DNA of 64,000 nucleotides, taken from positions 264,752-328,751 of the forward strand of contig CAVWLW010000027.1 in assembly GCA_963755715.1 (NCBI GenBank), in the 5' to 3' direction. The translations under genes and the position numbers were made by a program. Positions 29,614 to 39,691 of the stretch are shown piece after piece (position 1 is the first letter of the stretch; every line of letters starts with the position of its first letter). Under the pieces are notes generated by a model, which saw only the letters and a program-made list of their open reading frames with translations, had not been told where the DNA came from and ran no database searches. The DNA comes from an uncultured delta proteobacterium (GTDB taxonomy: Bacteria; Desulfobacterota; Binatia; UBA9968).

Positions 29614-31350
29614 GCGACCGAAGCGAGACCACGACGAACGGTGCGGCGCAGGCGGCTGCGGCCGAGGCTGCGGAGGCGCTCGAGCCGGAGGCGGACCTCT
29701 TCGATCTCCTCGACCCGATGGCCTTCGGCCAGGCGCTGGCGCAGGTCGGCGCCGGTCTCGCCCTCCACCCGCTCGAAGCCTTTCGCGCCGGTACGCGCTT
29801 TGCGAGCGGCCTGGTCGAGGCGGGCGCGGCCGTTGCGGTTCGGGCGCTCGGCGGCGACGCTGCGGGGCCCGTCGCTCCCGCCGCCAAGGACCGCCGGTTC
29901 ACCGACCCCACGTGGCAGGAGAATCCCGTCTACTTCGGGCTGATGGAGGCCTATCTCCTGTCCGCGCGACTCGCACATGAGCTCGTCGAAGCCGCCGACC
30001 TCGAAGAGCCGGCGGCGGGAAAGGCGCAGTTCGCAGCCGAGCTCTTCGTCGACGCCCTCGCACCCGGCAACTACCTCTGGGGCAATCCCGCCGCGATCAA
30101 GCGAGCGTTCGAGACCGGCGGGATGAGCCTGACCAGCGGGTTCCGCAACTTCCTCGAAGATCTGTCCGAGAACGGGGGAATGCCGAGCCAGGTCGATCTT
30201 TCGGCGTTTGCGGTGGGAGAGAACCTGGCGGCGACGCCAGGGGAAGTCGTCTTCCGCAACGAGTTGATGGAGTTGATCCAGTACGCGCCGCAGACGGAGT
30301 CGGTCTTCGAGATCCCGCTGCTCTGCAGCCCGCCGTGGATCAACAAGTACTACATCATGGATCTCGCCCCCGGGCGGAGCTTCATCGAGTGGGCGGTCAA
30401 GCACGGTCACACGGTCTTCGCGATCAGTTACCGCAACCCCGATGAGTCCCTGGGGCGGCGTTTCTCTGGATGACTACCTGCTGCGCGGGCCCGACACGGC
30501 GCTCTCGGTCGTGGAGGAGATCACGGGTGCGCCCCAGGTGAACGTCGCCGGGCTCTGCATCGGCGGGACGCTCACGGCGATGCTCCTGGCCCAGTTCGCC
30601 GGCGCAGGCGCCGACAGCGGTTCGCTCCGCGACGCTCCTGAACACCCTGGTCGACTTCAGCGAGCCAGGCCCACTCGGCGCGTTCGCGGACGCGAAGGCG
30701 GTGTCAGGCCTGGCGCGGAAGATGGAGCGGAGGGGTTACCTCGACGGTGCGGAGATCGCCCGGACCTTCAACGTCCTCCGCGCGAACGATCTGATCTGGA
30801 GCTATGTCGGGAGCAACTGGCTGATGGGCGAGCAGCCCCCCGCGTTCGACATCCTCGCGTGGAACGCCGACAGCACCAGGCTTCCTGCGGCCCTCCACTC
30901 CTTCTACCTCCGCTCGTGCTACGTCGACAACGAGCTTCGCACGCGGGGAGCTCGAGCTGGACGGAACGCGGCTCGACCCGGCCGCGGTCACGCCCGACCT
31001 GTACGTGCTGGCGGCGAAGGATGACCACATCGCGCCGTGGCGTTCGAGCTTCGAGGCGGTGCGTCTCTTCTCGGGCAGCGACGTCCGCTTCGTCCTGACG
31101 CTCGTCCGGCCACATCGCCGGAATCGTGAACCCGCCGAGCGCCAAGAGCTCGCACTGGACTGACGGGAAGCCGGCGGCGGATCCGGAGAGCTGGCTCGCG
31201 AGCGCGACTCGACATGAAGGATCCTGGTGGGAGGACTGGGCCACGTGGGCCGAAGCCCATGCCGGAGGCCGGCGCGAGGCTCCTCCGATGGGCAGCGAGG
31301 CGCATCCCGTGCTCGGCGAGGCGCCCGGCACGTACGTCCACGAGAAGTAG
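29610..31350 (+). CDS. phaC: Polyhydroxyalkanoate synthase (class I/II-type), frameshifted
   Basis: DRRF, LAATPGEVVFRN, PPWINKYYIMDL, lipase box GLCIGG, DDHIAPW, SGHIAG, GSWW and APGTYV. Confidence 0.93.
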
Positions 31351-31361
31351 GTCGGTTTGCG

Positions 31362-31398
31362 ATAGTACGCGGTTGGGTACTATACTTATCAGAGTAAG
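31362..31398. promoter_or_regulatory. Candidate operator/promoter palindromes before the phasin-like gene
   Basis: ATAGTAC-N8-GTACTAT (31362-31383) and CTTA-N6-TAAG (31385-31398) overlap TATACT. Confidence 0.4.
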
Positions 31399-31416
31399 CA
31401 AACCTCAGGAGGAATC

Positions 31417-31734
31417 ATGACCACCACCACCACCACATCGAACGATTTCATGCGGACCGCGCAGGACGCGACCCTGGACGCCGTTCAGAAGAGCCAGGAG
31501 ACCGTGGTCGAAGCGGTACGGGTCTGGGCGAAGGCCGTCGAGAAGGCTGTTCCGACCATGCCCGTCTCCGCTAGCAAGGAGCTGCCGACCGCCGGAGAGC
31601 TCGTCGAGTCCTCGTTCCAGTTCGCAGAGCGTCTGCTGAACGCTCAGCATGAGTTCGCCCGCCAGGTTCTCAAGGCGGCCGCACCGGTGATCGAGAAGAC
31701 CACCCCGAAGGCGACGAAGGCGACCTCCGCCTGA
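31417..31734 (+). CDS. Small amphipathic helical protein, putative phasin
   Basis: AGGAGG RBS; 105 aa, A/Q/E/K-rich with a K/A/T tail; lies next to phaC. Function is inferred from context. Confidence 0.6.
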   Translation: MTTTTTTSNDFMRTAQDATLDAVQKSQETVVEAVRVWAKAVEKAVPTMPVSASKELPTAGELVESSFQFAERLLNAQHEFARQVLKAAAPVIEKTTPKATKATSA

Positions 31735-31779
31735 GCTGGCGCTTTAGCCGGGAGGGTCACGCCCTCCCGGCAGCTAGCC

Positions 31780-32208
31780 GTGGGTGACTCGAAGATGGAG
31801 GACGCTTGGAAGGGGCAGATGGAGGCGCTCGGCGAGTTCATCCGCACACAGCGGAGTCTCGCCCGGCTGTCGCTGCGCGAGCTGGCCGGCTTGACCGATC
31901 TCTCGAACGCATACCTGAGTCAGGTGGAGCGCGGTCTTCACGAGCCGTCGGTCCGCGTCCTGAAAGCGATCGCCGAGGCCCTCGATCTCTCCTCGGCGAC
32001 TCTGCTCGCCCAGGCCGGTCTTCTCCGCGACGACGAGCCGCGGCCAGAGGGCGCCTCTGTCGAGCGGACGGAGGCAACGATTCGCGCGGATCCGACGCTG
32101 AGCGAGGATCAGAAAGAGGCGCTCCTGGCCGTATATCGGAGCTACTCGACGCGGCGGCGGCTCCGAGTAGACCGTCCACAGGGCACCAACACGCGAGTCC
32201 GGCGCTGA
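31780..32208 (+). CDS. XRE-family HTH regulator (Rv0474-like)
   Basis: LGEFIRTQR..LSLRELA..SNAYLSQVERGLHEPS..AIAEAL; C-terminal IRADPTLSEDQKEALLAVY. Confidence 0.9.
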   Translation: MGDSKMEDAWKGQMEALGEFIRTQRSLARLSLRELAGLTDLSNAYLSQVERGLHEPSVRVLKAIAEALDLSSATLLAQAGLLRDDEPRPEGASVERTEATIRADPTLSEDQKEALLAVYRSYSTRRRLRVDRPQGTNTRVRR

Positions 32209-32285
32209 CCTTCGTCTTGTCGGGATGCGCTCGGCCCGCGGCAAGCCGACAAATGAAAACCCACCGGTTCCAGCGGGTTTCAGAG

Positions 32286-32331
32286 CGGGAGCGACGGGAC
32301 TCGAACCCGCGACCTCCGGCGTGACAGGCCG
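32286..32331 (-). repeat. 46-bp duplicate of the tRNA-Asp 3' part (att-like direct repeat)
   Basis: Identical to 35926-35971. Confidence 0.92.
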
Positions 32332-32420
32332 CTCGTTCTGTCGCCAGCTGTGCCGTTAGTCCGGAAAAACTGAAGTCGCCTCCAAGTGTCGCGGGGTTAC
32401 GAACAGGGGCCAGTGCATGA

Positions 32421-32456
32421 GGCGGAGGAAGCCCCGTCGGTCGGGCTTCCTCCGCC
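32421..32456. terminator. Hairpin downstream of the secreted-protein gene
   Basis: GGCGGAGGAAGCCC-N8-GGGCTTCCTCCGCC, a 14-bp perfect stem. Confidence 0.6.
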
Positions 32457-32466
32457 ATTCATCCGA

Positions 32467-32991
32467 CTAGTAGCTCGCGCGGGCGAACTGCTCGCTATAG
32501 GCGTGCCACGATCCGTCCGGGCTGTCCCAACAGAACTGCACGTAGACCGTGCCGGGAACGAGGGAACCATGCTGACCGTAGTCGTCCGGGGGCGGCTCGT
32601 GCGAGGAGATCTGCCACGTGCCGGTGTGCCAAGTGCCGTCGCAGGTGAACTCGGTCGGGCCGGGGTGGCGAAACAGCCATGCGCCGTCCGGGTAGGTAAG
32701 CCCGCTGCTGCCTTCGAGTTTGAGGGCGGGATCCGGCAGGCCGCCAGCGACCTGCTTCACCGACACGAACAGGTGCGCCGGATCGGTTGATGCCGGACAC
32801 GTGTACCTGCCTGTCACATAGGCGACAGACGGGTTGGTCGGATCGATCCGGACGACGCCGATCTGGTTGGCATTTGCACCGCCACTGTGGCTGCTCGTGG
32901 GCTTGTCGGAACTGGCCAACGCGACTGACGTCGCGATGACGGCAAAGGTTGCCATCGCTACACAGACGGCGAGGAACCGCCTCTTGTTCAT
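32467..32991 (-). CDS. Hypothetical secreted protein
   Basis: AAAGGA RBS; signal peptide MNKRRFLAV..VALA; beta-rich mature part with three Cys. Confidence 0.75.
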   Translation of the reverse strand: MNKRRFLAVCVAMATFAVIATSVALASSDKPTSSHSGGANANQIGVVRIDPTNPSVAYVTGRYTCPASTDPAHLFVSVKQVAGGLPDPALKLEGSSGLTYPDGAWLFRHPGPTEFTCDGTWHTGTWQISSHEPPPDDYGQHGSLVPGTVYVQFCWDSPDGSWHAYSEQFARASY

Positions 32992-33230
32992 TGGATTTCC
33001 TTTCGTTGTCGCTGCGTTGCCGCTGAAGCGCGAGCATCGCACACTTTCGATCGTCGCGCGGCACCAGCTTCCGGCCCGCATTTTTTCCCTTCAGTTCGGG
33101 GAACTTCGATAGCGGTCAGCCGCCGTAGAAGGATGAGCGGGTAGAACCAGCGGCAGCGCGACCGGGCATAAGGCCGATCTCCATAGGGCTGGGGCGGCCC
33201 AAAGCAGAATGGAGCCGTATCGAAGTCGCC

Positions 33231-33843
33231 CACCCGTGCTTTGCCGGACTAGGAACTCCTCACAAAGGTGTTGGGCGCTGCAAGTACCACCTTGGCAATG
33301 CCCCGAATCACATGAAGGCGGCGGTGCGGCTTCAGGCCGAGAAGGAAATCGCCAAGACACGAGCCCAGTTCGGCGACAAGATCCCCGTCGAACCGAGCGA
33401 GGCCCTGTTGAGCGTCCTACACCTATCCGCCGGGCAGCTGGCCTGGCTCCACGCAGAGCTGGAGGAGCGGGCGGACAAGACAGGCGACTTCGAGAGCCAA
33501 GTGCTCATGCTGTGGAACGACGAGCGCGACCGCGTCGCCCGCGTCTCGGAGGCCGCGCTGCGTGCCGGGGTGCAGGAACGCGCGATCCGCCTGGCAGAGA
33601 ACTACGGGCAGCAGCTGGCCGAAGTCCTGCGCGCGATCTTCTACGACGCCCGAGCTCGACATGAGCGACGAGCAACGCGAGCTTCTGCCCACGGTCCTCG
33701 GGCGGCACCTGTTCACAGCCGAGCGACAACCCACTGGATTCCTAGCCGCCGGGGAGAACGGGGCCAGCGCCGAAGACAACGGCAGCAAGCCCAAGCCCAA
33801 GGCCAAAGGAAGCGGACGCAAGCCCAAGGCGAAGGCAAAGTGA
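33231..33843 (+). pseudogene. Phage terminase small subunit-like (HGGxSTG-related) remnant
   Basis: AGLGTPHKGVGRCKYHLG..EPSEALL..LWNDERDRVARVSEAALRAGVQERAIRLAE; no clear start and a frameshift near 33650. Family assigned from memory of actinophage genes. Confidence 0.5.
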
Positions 33844-33979
33844 GGACAAGGCTGCGGCTGGCTATCGGCGTGCCAGGCGCAGATGGGGTGAGGCATGGTC
33901 GCTGCGCACAGGGTGGTCTCAGGTGGAATGTTCACCCGAGAAGGACTTGAGTAGCAGGGTTTGCAGGACGACCGCCGCA

Positions 33980-34015
33980 CTGTCACGCCGGAGGTTCGAG
34001 GTCCCGTCGCTCCCG
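33980..34015 (+). repeat. Degenerate inverted copy of the tRNA-Asp 3' part
   Basis: CTGTCACGCCGGAGGTTCGAGGTCCCGTCGCTCCCG versus tRNA CTGTCACGCCGGAGGTCGCGGGTTCGAGTCCCGTCGCTCCCG. Confidence 0.8.
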
Positions 34016-34077
34016 TCTCTATTTGCAGGGATTTCCTCGGAGCTGTGGCGTCGGCGCGGACCTTCGCCACACTGGAT

Positions 34078-34140
34078 CCCCCCACGCGCGGCGCGCACGA
34101 GCTCCTTGGCTTGCTTGCGAAGCTGCTCGAGATTCACCAC
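34078..34140 (-). pseudogene. Truncated N-terminus of an NLEQLRKQAKEL-type protein (often ankyrin-repeat)
   Basis: GGAGGAGG RBS and MVNLEQLRKQAKELVRAARGG, after which similarity stops near the tRNA fragment. Confidence 0.5.
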
Positions 34141-34310
34141 GACCTCCTCCCACGAAGAGCCCGCGGTCCGCGGCGCCGGGCGGGAAGAAGATCGTCTGGT
34201 GCTGCAGGTCGCTACTTACCATCCGTGTAGTGGTGCTCGTTTGGCCGTGTCGCGGAGCCGCCGCTTCGTCGCGCTTTGCAGACTCGTGCGACCTTGGTGC
34301 GACCTGCGGC

Positions 34311-34995
34311 CTATCGCCCGAATCTGGGAGCGTCGCTGAGTGCCGATGGTGTCTGGCACCCGACGATCGCGGGTGCCTCGTGGATCAGGTCGTTGTTCGT
34401 GAGCGCTTCGACCATGAACAGGGCAAAGTCTGTGCGGCGGGTGATGTTGCTCTCGAGGATCGGATCGCCCACATGCCGACTCCAGACGGGAAGGCCTTGG
34501 CTCTCGCCTTCCTCGAGGTCGCTGCCGCGTACGACCGTCCAGAGTGTGTCGCTGGCGAATATGCGCCGCGTCGCCTCGACCTGGTCGTCGATGTCGACGA
34601 CACGGGCGGTGCGTGCGGCCCAGGCCAGTGCCCTGTCTTTCAGCGTCCAGCGGAAGACGTCCTGGCCGTCACGTGTGATGTGCCAGCCACACGAGAACAC
34701 CAGACGAGCTCCGGTCGGAGCGGAATCGAGCACCGCCTGGGCCGTTCCGGACGCATAGTGGTGCATCCCCCACGGGACGAGCACGACCAGCACCCCGTCG
34801 CAGCCGGCGACCGCACGTCTGATCACCTCGGCGTCGTCGGTTGCCCGGCACGACCATGATCCGCCCCTTGTAGCGGTCGAGCTTCGCGACGCTCTTCTCG
34901 CGGCAGACGCCGACGACGTCGTAGCCTCGGTCGAGCGCGTGCTGAACCATGTACTGGCCCAGCTTCCCGGAAACCCCAACGACGCAGACCTTCAT
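34311..34995 (-). CDS. NAD(P)H-binding (flavin/biliverdin reductase-like) protein, frameshift near 34840
   Basis: VCVVGVSGKLG Rossmann motif; WTVVRGSDL and ITRRTDFALFM. Confidence 0.85.
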
Positions 34996-35203
34996 TCCGC
35001 GAAGGGTTGCATGCGTGACAAATCGCTGGCAACCGCCCCGGCGACGAACAGCCCGATCGAACCCGTCAACCGCCAGGAAAGCCCTGCTGTCAGCCGGTGA
35101 TTCCGGGTCGTAGCCGGTTGTAGCCGGTTGCGCCGTGCCGGCGTGTCACGCCGGACTGGAGCGGCAGCGACGAACCGGGCGTTGATTCTGCCTGCCGGAT
35201 CGG

Positions 35204-35491
35204 TTAGGCGGCGGGCGCCCGGTAACGGTTCTGTGCGGCCCGCGACGAGTAGGTGAGTAGATCCAGCAGGATGCCGACGGCGACGACGAACCAACCAACG
35301 CCGGAAACGCCATGCACCGGCCCCCATGCGAGCGTGTACATCAGCGCGGTCCAGGGCGCGAAGATGATCCCCAACACGGGCCAGATCGTCGACGAGAAGG
35401 CCGCATTGACCCGGTCCGTGTCGAAGATCCAGAGAAGGAAGAACGCGAAGCGCGGGCCGATGAAGGCCATTACGAGACCCAGGCAGCACAC
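35204..35491 (-). CDS. Small hypothetical membrane protein
   Basis: Three hydrophobic helices, GPRFA..WPVLGIIFAPWT. Confidence 0.7.
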   Translation of the reverse strand: MCCLGLVMAFIGPRFAFFLLWIFDTDRVNAAFSSTIWPVLGIIFAPWTALMYTLAWGPVHGVSGVGWFVVAVGILLDLLTYSSRAAQNRYRAPAA

Positions 35492-35925
35492 AGGAAAGGC
35501 AGATTCTGCTAGGGCGGCGCGGCGGTGTCAAACATTCGACGAGCACCCGCACCCCTTGTGAGGCATCGCCGGAGCAGTTGAAATGCGTTTTTCCGGCGCT
35601 CCCCCAGTCCTCGCGGGTCATCTCGTAACCGACCTCGCCCTCCTCGGCGCCCTCCACGTCGGTCATGGAGCCATGGCCGCTTCTGTCGTCGATCGTGGTC
35701 GGCGGCGCCATCGAGACGTCTTATCTCCTGCCTCTCGTCGCGTGCCACGCGTCGCCCCGACGGAATTCCCCCTTGCAGCGCCCTTGTGGACTGTCAAAAC
35801 CCTTGCTTCGCCCTTGTCAATAAGGGCAAGCGCGCCGGTACGCGCTCGTCCGTGCCGGTACGCGCAAGACGTCAATTAGGCCGATTTTCGGGGAGTTTCG
35901 CCCGTTTCGGCTTGCCTAGCGGGAA

Positions 35926-35999
<74 letters not shown>

Positions 36000-36044
36000 G
36001 AGCGCTGCAAGTGTATCGACGGCCCCTGGGAGTAGCCTGGCCTC

Positions 36045-37178
36045 GTGAACCTGTTCGACTGGATCGCGATCGCGCTCGTCGCGCTGCTCGCGATCGCCGG
36101 CTACTTCCGCGGCCTGCTCACCGCCGCGCTCTCGCTCGCCGGAATCGTCGGAGGGGCGCTGCTCGGCGCGCGGCTCGCGCCCTACTTCCTGTCCGGCGGG
36201 AGCACCTCTCGCTACGCGACGCTCTTCGCCCTCGGCGGCGCGGTCTTCTGCGCGATCGTGCTCGAGGCGGTCGGCAGCTACCTCGGCTCGAGGATGCGCT
36301 CCTCGATGCGACTCAAGCCGTTGCGCGCAGTCGACTCGGCCGGCGGCCTCCTGATCGGAGCGGCGACGGGCCTCGCGGTCGTCTGGGTGCTCGGCACCGT
36401 GGTGCTGCTCATCCCGGGCCAGACGAACCTCCGCCGCAACGCCCAGCGCTCGGTGATCGTTCGCCAGCTCAACGACCTGCTGCCGCCGTCGACCGTCCTC
36501 CACGCGCTCGCGCGCATCGACCCGCTGCTCGCGATCGAAGGCCCGCTCGCCATCGGCCCGCCGCCGAACCCCGCCGTCCTGAACCGGCCCGGTGTCCGCG
36601 AGGCGGCGCCGAGCGTCGTAAGGGTGCTCGGAAACGCCTGCGGGCTCGGAATCGCGGGTACCGGCTGGGTCGCGCGACGTGGGCTCGTCGTGACCGCGGC
36701 GCACGTCGTCGCCGGAGAGGAGGCGACCACCGTCGAAGCTCCCGGCGGCCTCCCGCTCGACGCCGAGGCGGTCGCCTTCGACTCGAGGAACGACGTCGCC
36801 GTGCTTCGCGTGCCCGGGCTTCAGGCGCGCCCGCTTCGGCTCGTCGACCCGAGACCGGAGACCCCGGTCGCGCTCCTCGGCTATCCCGGCAACGGCGCCT
36901 TCGCCGCCGAGCCGGGCCGCATCGGCGAGACCGCGCGGATCAGCACTGACGACGCGTACGGACGCGGCCCCGTCTCGCGCCGGATCACGAGCCTGCGCGG
37001 GAAGATCGAGCACGGTGACTCCGGCGGCCCGGCCGTCGACGCGCAGGGTGCCGTCCAGGCCACGATGTTCGCGGCACGCGTCGGCGCGGCGGGCGGCTAC
37101 GGCATCCCGGCCGATGTCGTCCGGCACGCGCTCACACATGCGCGCCGGCGCGTCTCGACCGGCCCGTGTGCACGCTGA
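36045..37178 (+). CDS. MarP-family membrane serine protease (CvpA-like TM region + trypsin domain)
   Basis: Four N-terminal TM helices; TAAHVV, DVAVL and GDSGGP motifs. Confidence 0.92.
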   Translation: MNLFDWIAIALVALLAIAGYFRGLLTAALSLAGIVGGALLGARLAPYFLSGGSTSRYATLFALGGAVFCAIVLEAVGSYLGSRMRSSMRLKPLRAVDSAGGLLIGAATGLAVVWVLGTVVLLIPGQTNLRRNAQRSVIVRQLNDLLPPSTVLHALARIDPLLAIEGPLAIGPPPNPAVLNRPGVREAAPSVVRVLGNACGLGIAGTGWVARRGLVVTAAHVVAGEEATTVEAPGGLPLDAEAVAFDSRNDVAVLRVPGLQARPLRLVDPRPETPVALLGYPGNGAFAAEPGRIGETARISTDDAYGRGPVSRRITSLRGKIEHGDSGGPAVDAQGAVQATMFAARVGAAGGYGIPADVVRHALTHARRRVSTGPCAR

Positions 37179-37249
37179 GGCCGGATCCGCGCTTTCGCGG
37201 ATGACGTCCCGTCGCGCCCGTGGTCTGCTTGCGGTGAAAGGAGGCAGAG

Positions 37250-37760
37250 ATGAGAGCGACAGTGATCTGCGAGTCGTCGTTCGGCAACACGCGCGCGATC
37301 GCGGAGGCAATCGCCGAGACGCTCGACGCCGAGGTGCTTTCTGCCGGGCGACCCGATCGAGCTGGAGGAGGTCGACCTGCTGGTCGTCGGAGCGCCGACC
37401 CACGTGCACGGGATTCCGGGCGAGCGCAGCCGCAAGGCAGCGGTCGACCAGGGAGGCAGCGATGGGCCCGGCGTGCGCGACTGGCTGGACGATCTCCCGC
37501 ACGGGCAGAGCCGCGCCGCGGCGTTCGACACGCGCTTCGACAAGCCGGCATTCCTGACCGGGTCGGCCGCGAAGGGCATTGCCAAACGGCTGCGGCGACG
37601 CGGCTTCGAGCTGGTCGCCGAGCCGGAGAGCTTCTTCGTGCTCGGCACCGAGGGCCCGCTGAAGGACGGCGAGCTCGAGCGCGCGGCCGAGTGGGCCGTA
37701 GCGCTACGCAATCAGGTTCAGGATGTTGAGCGGCTGGCGGTAGGGAGCCACGAGGTAGAC
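37250..37760 (+). CDS. Flavodoxin-like protein, frameshifted; 3' end uncertain
   Basis: AAAGGAGG RBS; ESSFGNTRAIA, LVVGAPTH, AAAFDTR and GPLKDGELERA motifs. Confidence 0.85.
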
Positions 37761-39511
37761 GCCGCGCCGCGCGCTCCTTGGCGGCCGCGTACAGCTCCTT
37801 CGCGGCCGCCATCCCGACCTCGGCCGCGTTCGGCCCCGCGTCGCGCGAGCGCGTTCCTGCAGCGCCTCGGGGACGACGATCCCCGGCAGCTCGTTGTGGA
37901 GCCGCAGCGCGAGGCGGTAGCTCGCAGAGCGGGAAGACGCCGACCAGCACCGGGATCGGCGAGGTGCCGCCGAGCCGTCGAAGAAGCGGTCGAGATGGTC
38001 GAGGTCGAAGACGATCTGCGTCATCGCGAAGCGGCGCCTGCCTCGACCTTCTGCCGGAAGCGCTCGAGCTCGAGGTCGAGGTCGTCCGCGGTCGGGTTGA
38101 CGGCGACGCCGATGAAGAACGACGTCGGCGCGTCGATCGGCCGGCCGTTGTAGTCCTCGCCGCGGTTCAGCTGGGACATGAGCCGGTGAGCCCGATCGCG
38201 TCGATCTCGTAGACGCCGCTGCGAGCCCGGGTAGTCGCCGACCTCCGGCGGGTCGCCGGTGACCGCGAGCACGTTGCGGACGCCCTCGGCGTGCGCGCCG
38301 AGCAGGATCGCCTCGAGGCCCATGATCGTCGTAGTCGCGCGTCGTCAGGTGCGGGATCGTCTCGATCCCGCCTCGCGCTCGATCGCGGCGGAGACCATCA
38401 TCGCGCTCATGCCTGCGCGCGCGCCGTCGCGTTGTCGTTGATGTCGACGAAGCCGACCATGCCGGACGTCCTTGCAGCGCCGCGACAGCTCGACGAGGCC
38501 GCCGATGTCGCCGCCGAGCGGCGGATCGAGCTGGATGGAGACGACCCACTCGCCCTCGCGCAGCGCGCGGGCGAGCCGGGTCTCCCGCTGCTCCTCGCCG
38601 AGCGAGACGACGAGCTCGCGCTCGTCGAAGTCGAGCGCGCGCGCGCGGCTTGCGCTCCTCGTCGACCGCGCGAGCGGATCGCGGCGATCTCGGTCGGCGT
38701 CGTCCCGCAGCAGCCGCCGATCGATCCGCGCGCCGAGCTCGCGCGCGTGGGCGGCGAACTCGGCGAAGTACTCGGGCGTGGCGTGCGGGTAGATGACGCG
38801 GCCGCCGGCGAGGCTCGCGAGGCCGATGTTCGGCAGAGCCGCGAGCGGCTGCCCGTCGCCGGCCATCTCCTCGAGCGCGGCGAGCGCCGCCTGCAGGCCG
38901 GCGCCGTGGTTCGCGCCATCGCGGCGACGTCGAGCTCGCCAGGCGCTCGCCGCCTCGCGCGGCCTTCACCCGCGCGAGCGTCTCGGCGTCCTCGTCGAAG
39001 GTCATCAGCGCGACGATCGGGAGGAGCGGACACGCTGCGCACGGCCTCGATCGCGCGCACGAGCTCGTCCAGGTCGTAGAACGTCTCGACCATGAACAGG
39101 TCGACGCCGCGACCCTCGAGCACGGCGCCTGCTCGGCGAGAGCTCGCGCCGCACGCGCCGCGTCGCCGGCTTCGCCGAGCGGGCCGATCGAGCCGGCGAT
39201 GAAAACGTCCCGTCCGGTGACCTCCCGCGCGTCCCGGGCGAGCTTCACGCCGGTCGAGTCGATCGGCTCGAAGTCGTCTCGAGGAAGTGGCGCGCGAGCT
39301 TGCGCCGGTTCGCGCCGAACGTGTTCGTCTGGATCAGCTCCGCGCCGGCGCTGATGAAGCCGAGATGGAGCGAGACGACCGTGTCGGGTGCGCGCAGGTT
39401 CGCCTCCTCCGGGCAGCGCAGGCGCCGACCGCGCTCGAGAGAGCGCGCCCATGCCGCCGTCGGCGACGACGGTAGGCCCGTTCTCCATTCGCTCCAAAAT
39501 CTGCTTGCCAA
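37704..39511 (-). CDS. yitJ: Bifunctional homocysteine S-methyltransferase/methylenetetrahydrofolate reductase, heavily frameshifted
   Basis: DGGMG, TNTFGAN, GSIGPLG, IGGCCGTTP, NVLAVTGDPP and FAMTQ motifs across frames; AAAGGAG + TTG start. Confidence 0.88.
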
Positions 39512-39539
39512 CGAACTCCTTTCCTCCCGCGCTCGGCTC

Positions 39540-39657
39540 GCTAGCCGTTGCGCCCGTTAGCCGAAGGCCGGCGGGGCCGCATCGTCTTTGCCACCTTGCG
39601 ACTAGGCAGGTTGGCGGGCGAGCCGGGCGCGGGCCCTCTCGACCTCTCTTGATGCGG
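39540..39657 (-). ncRNA. SAM riboswitch (SAM-I/IV variant)
   Basis: P1 CCGCATC/GATGCGG, AAGAG junction, P3 CCAACC..GGTGG with no P4; L3 CTAGTC can pair with 3' GGCTAG; directly upstream of a methionine synthesis gene. Confidence 0.8.
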
Positions 39658-39691
39658 GACGGATCCTAGCGGGTTAGTGTCGCGGCCGGCC

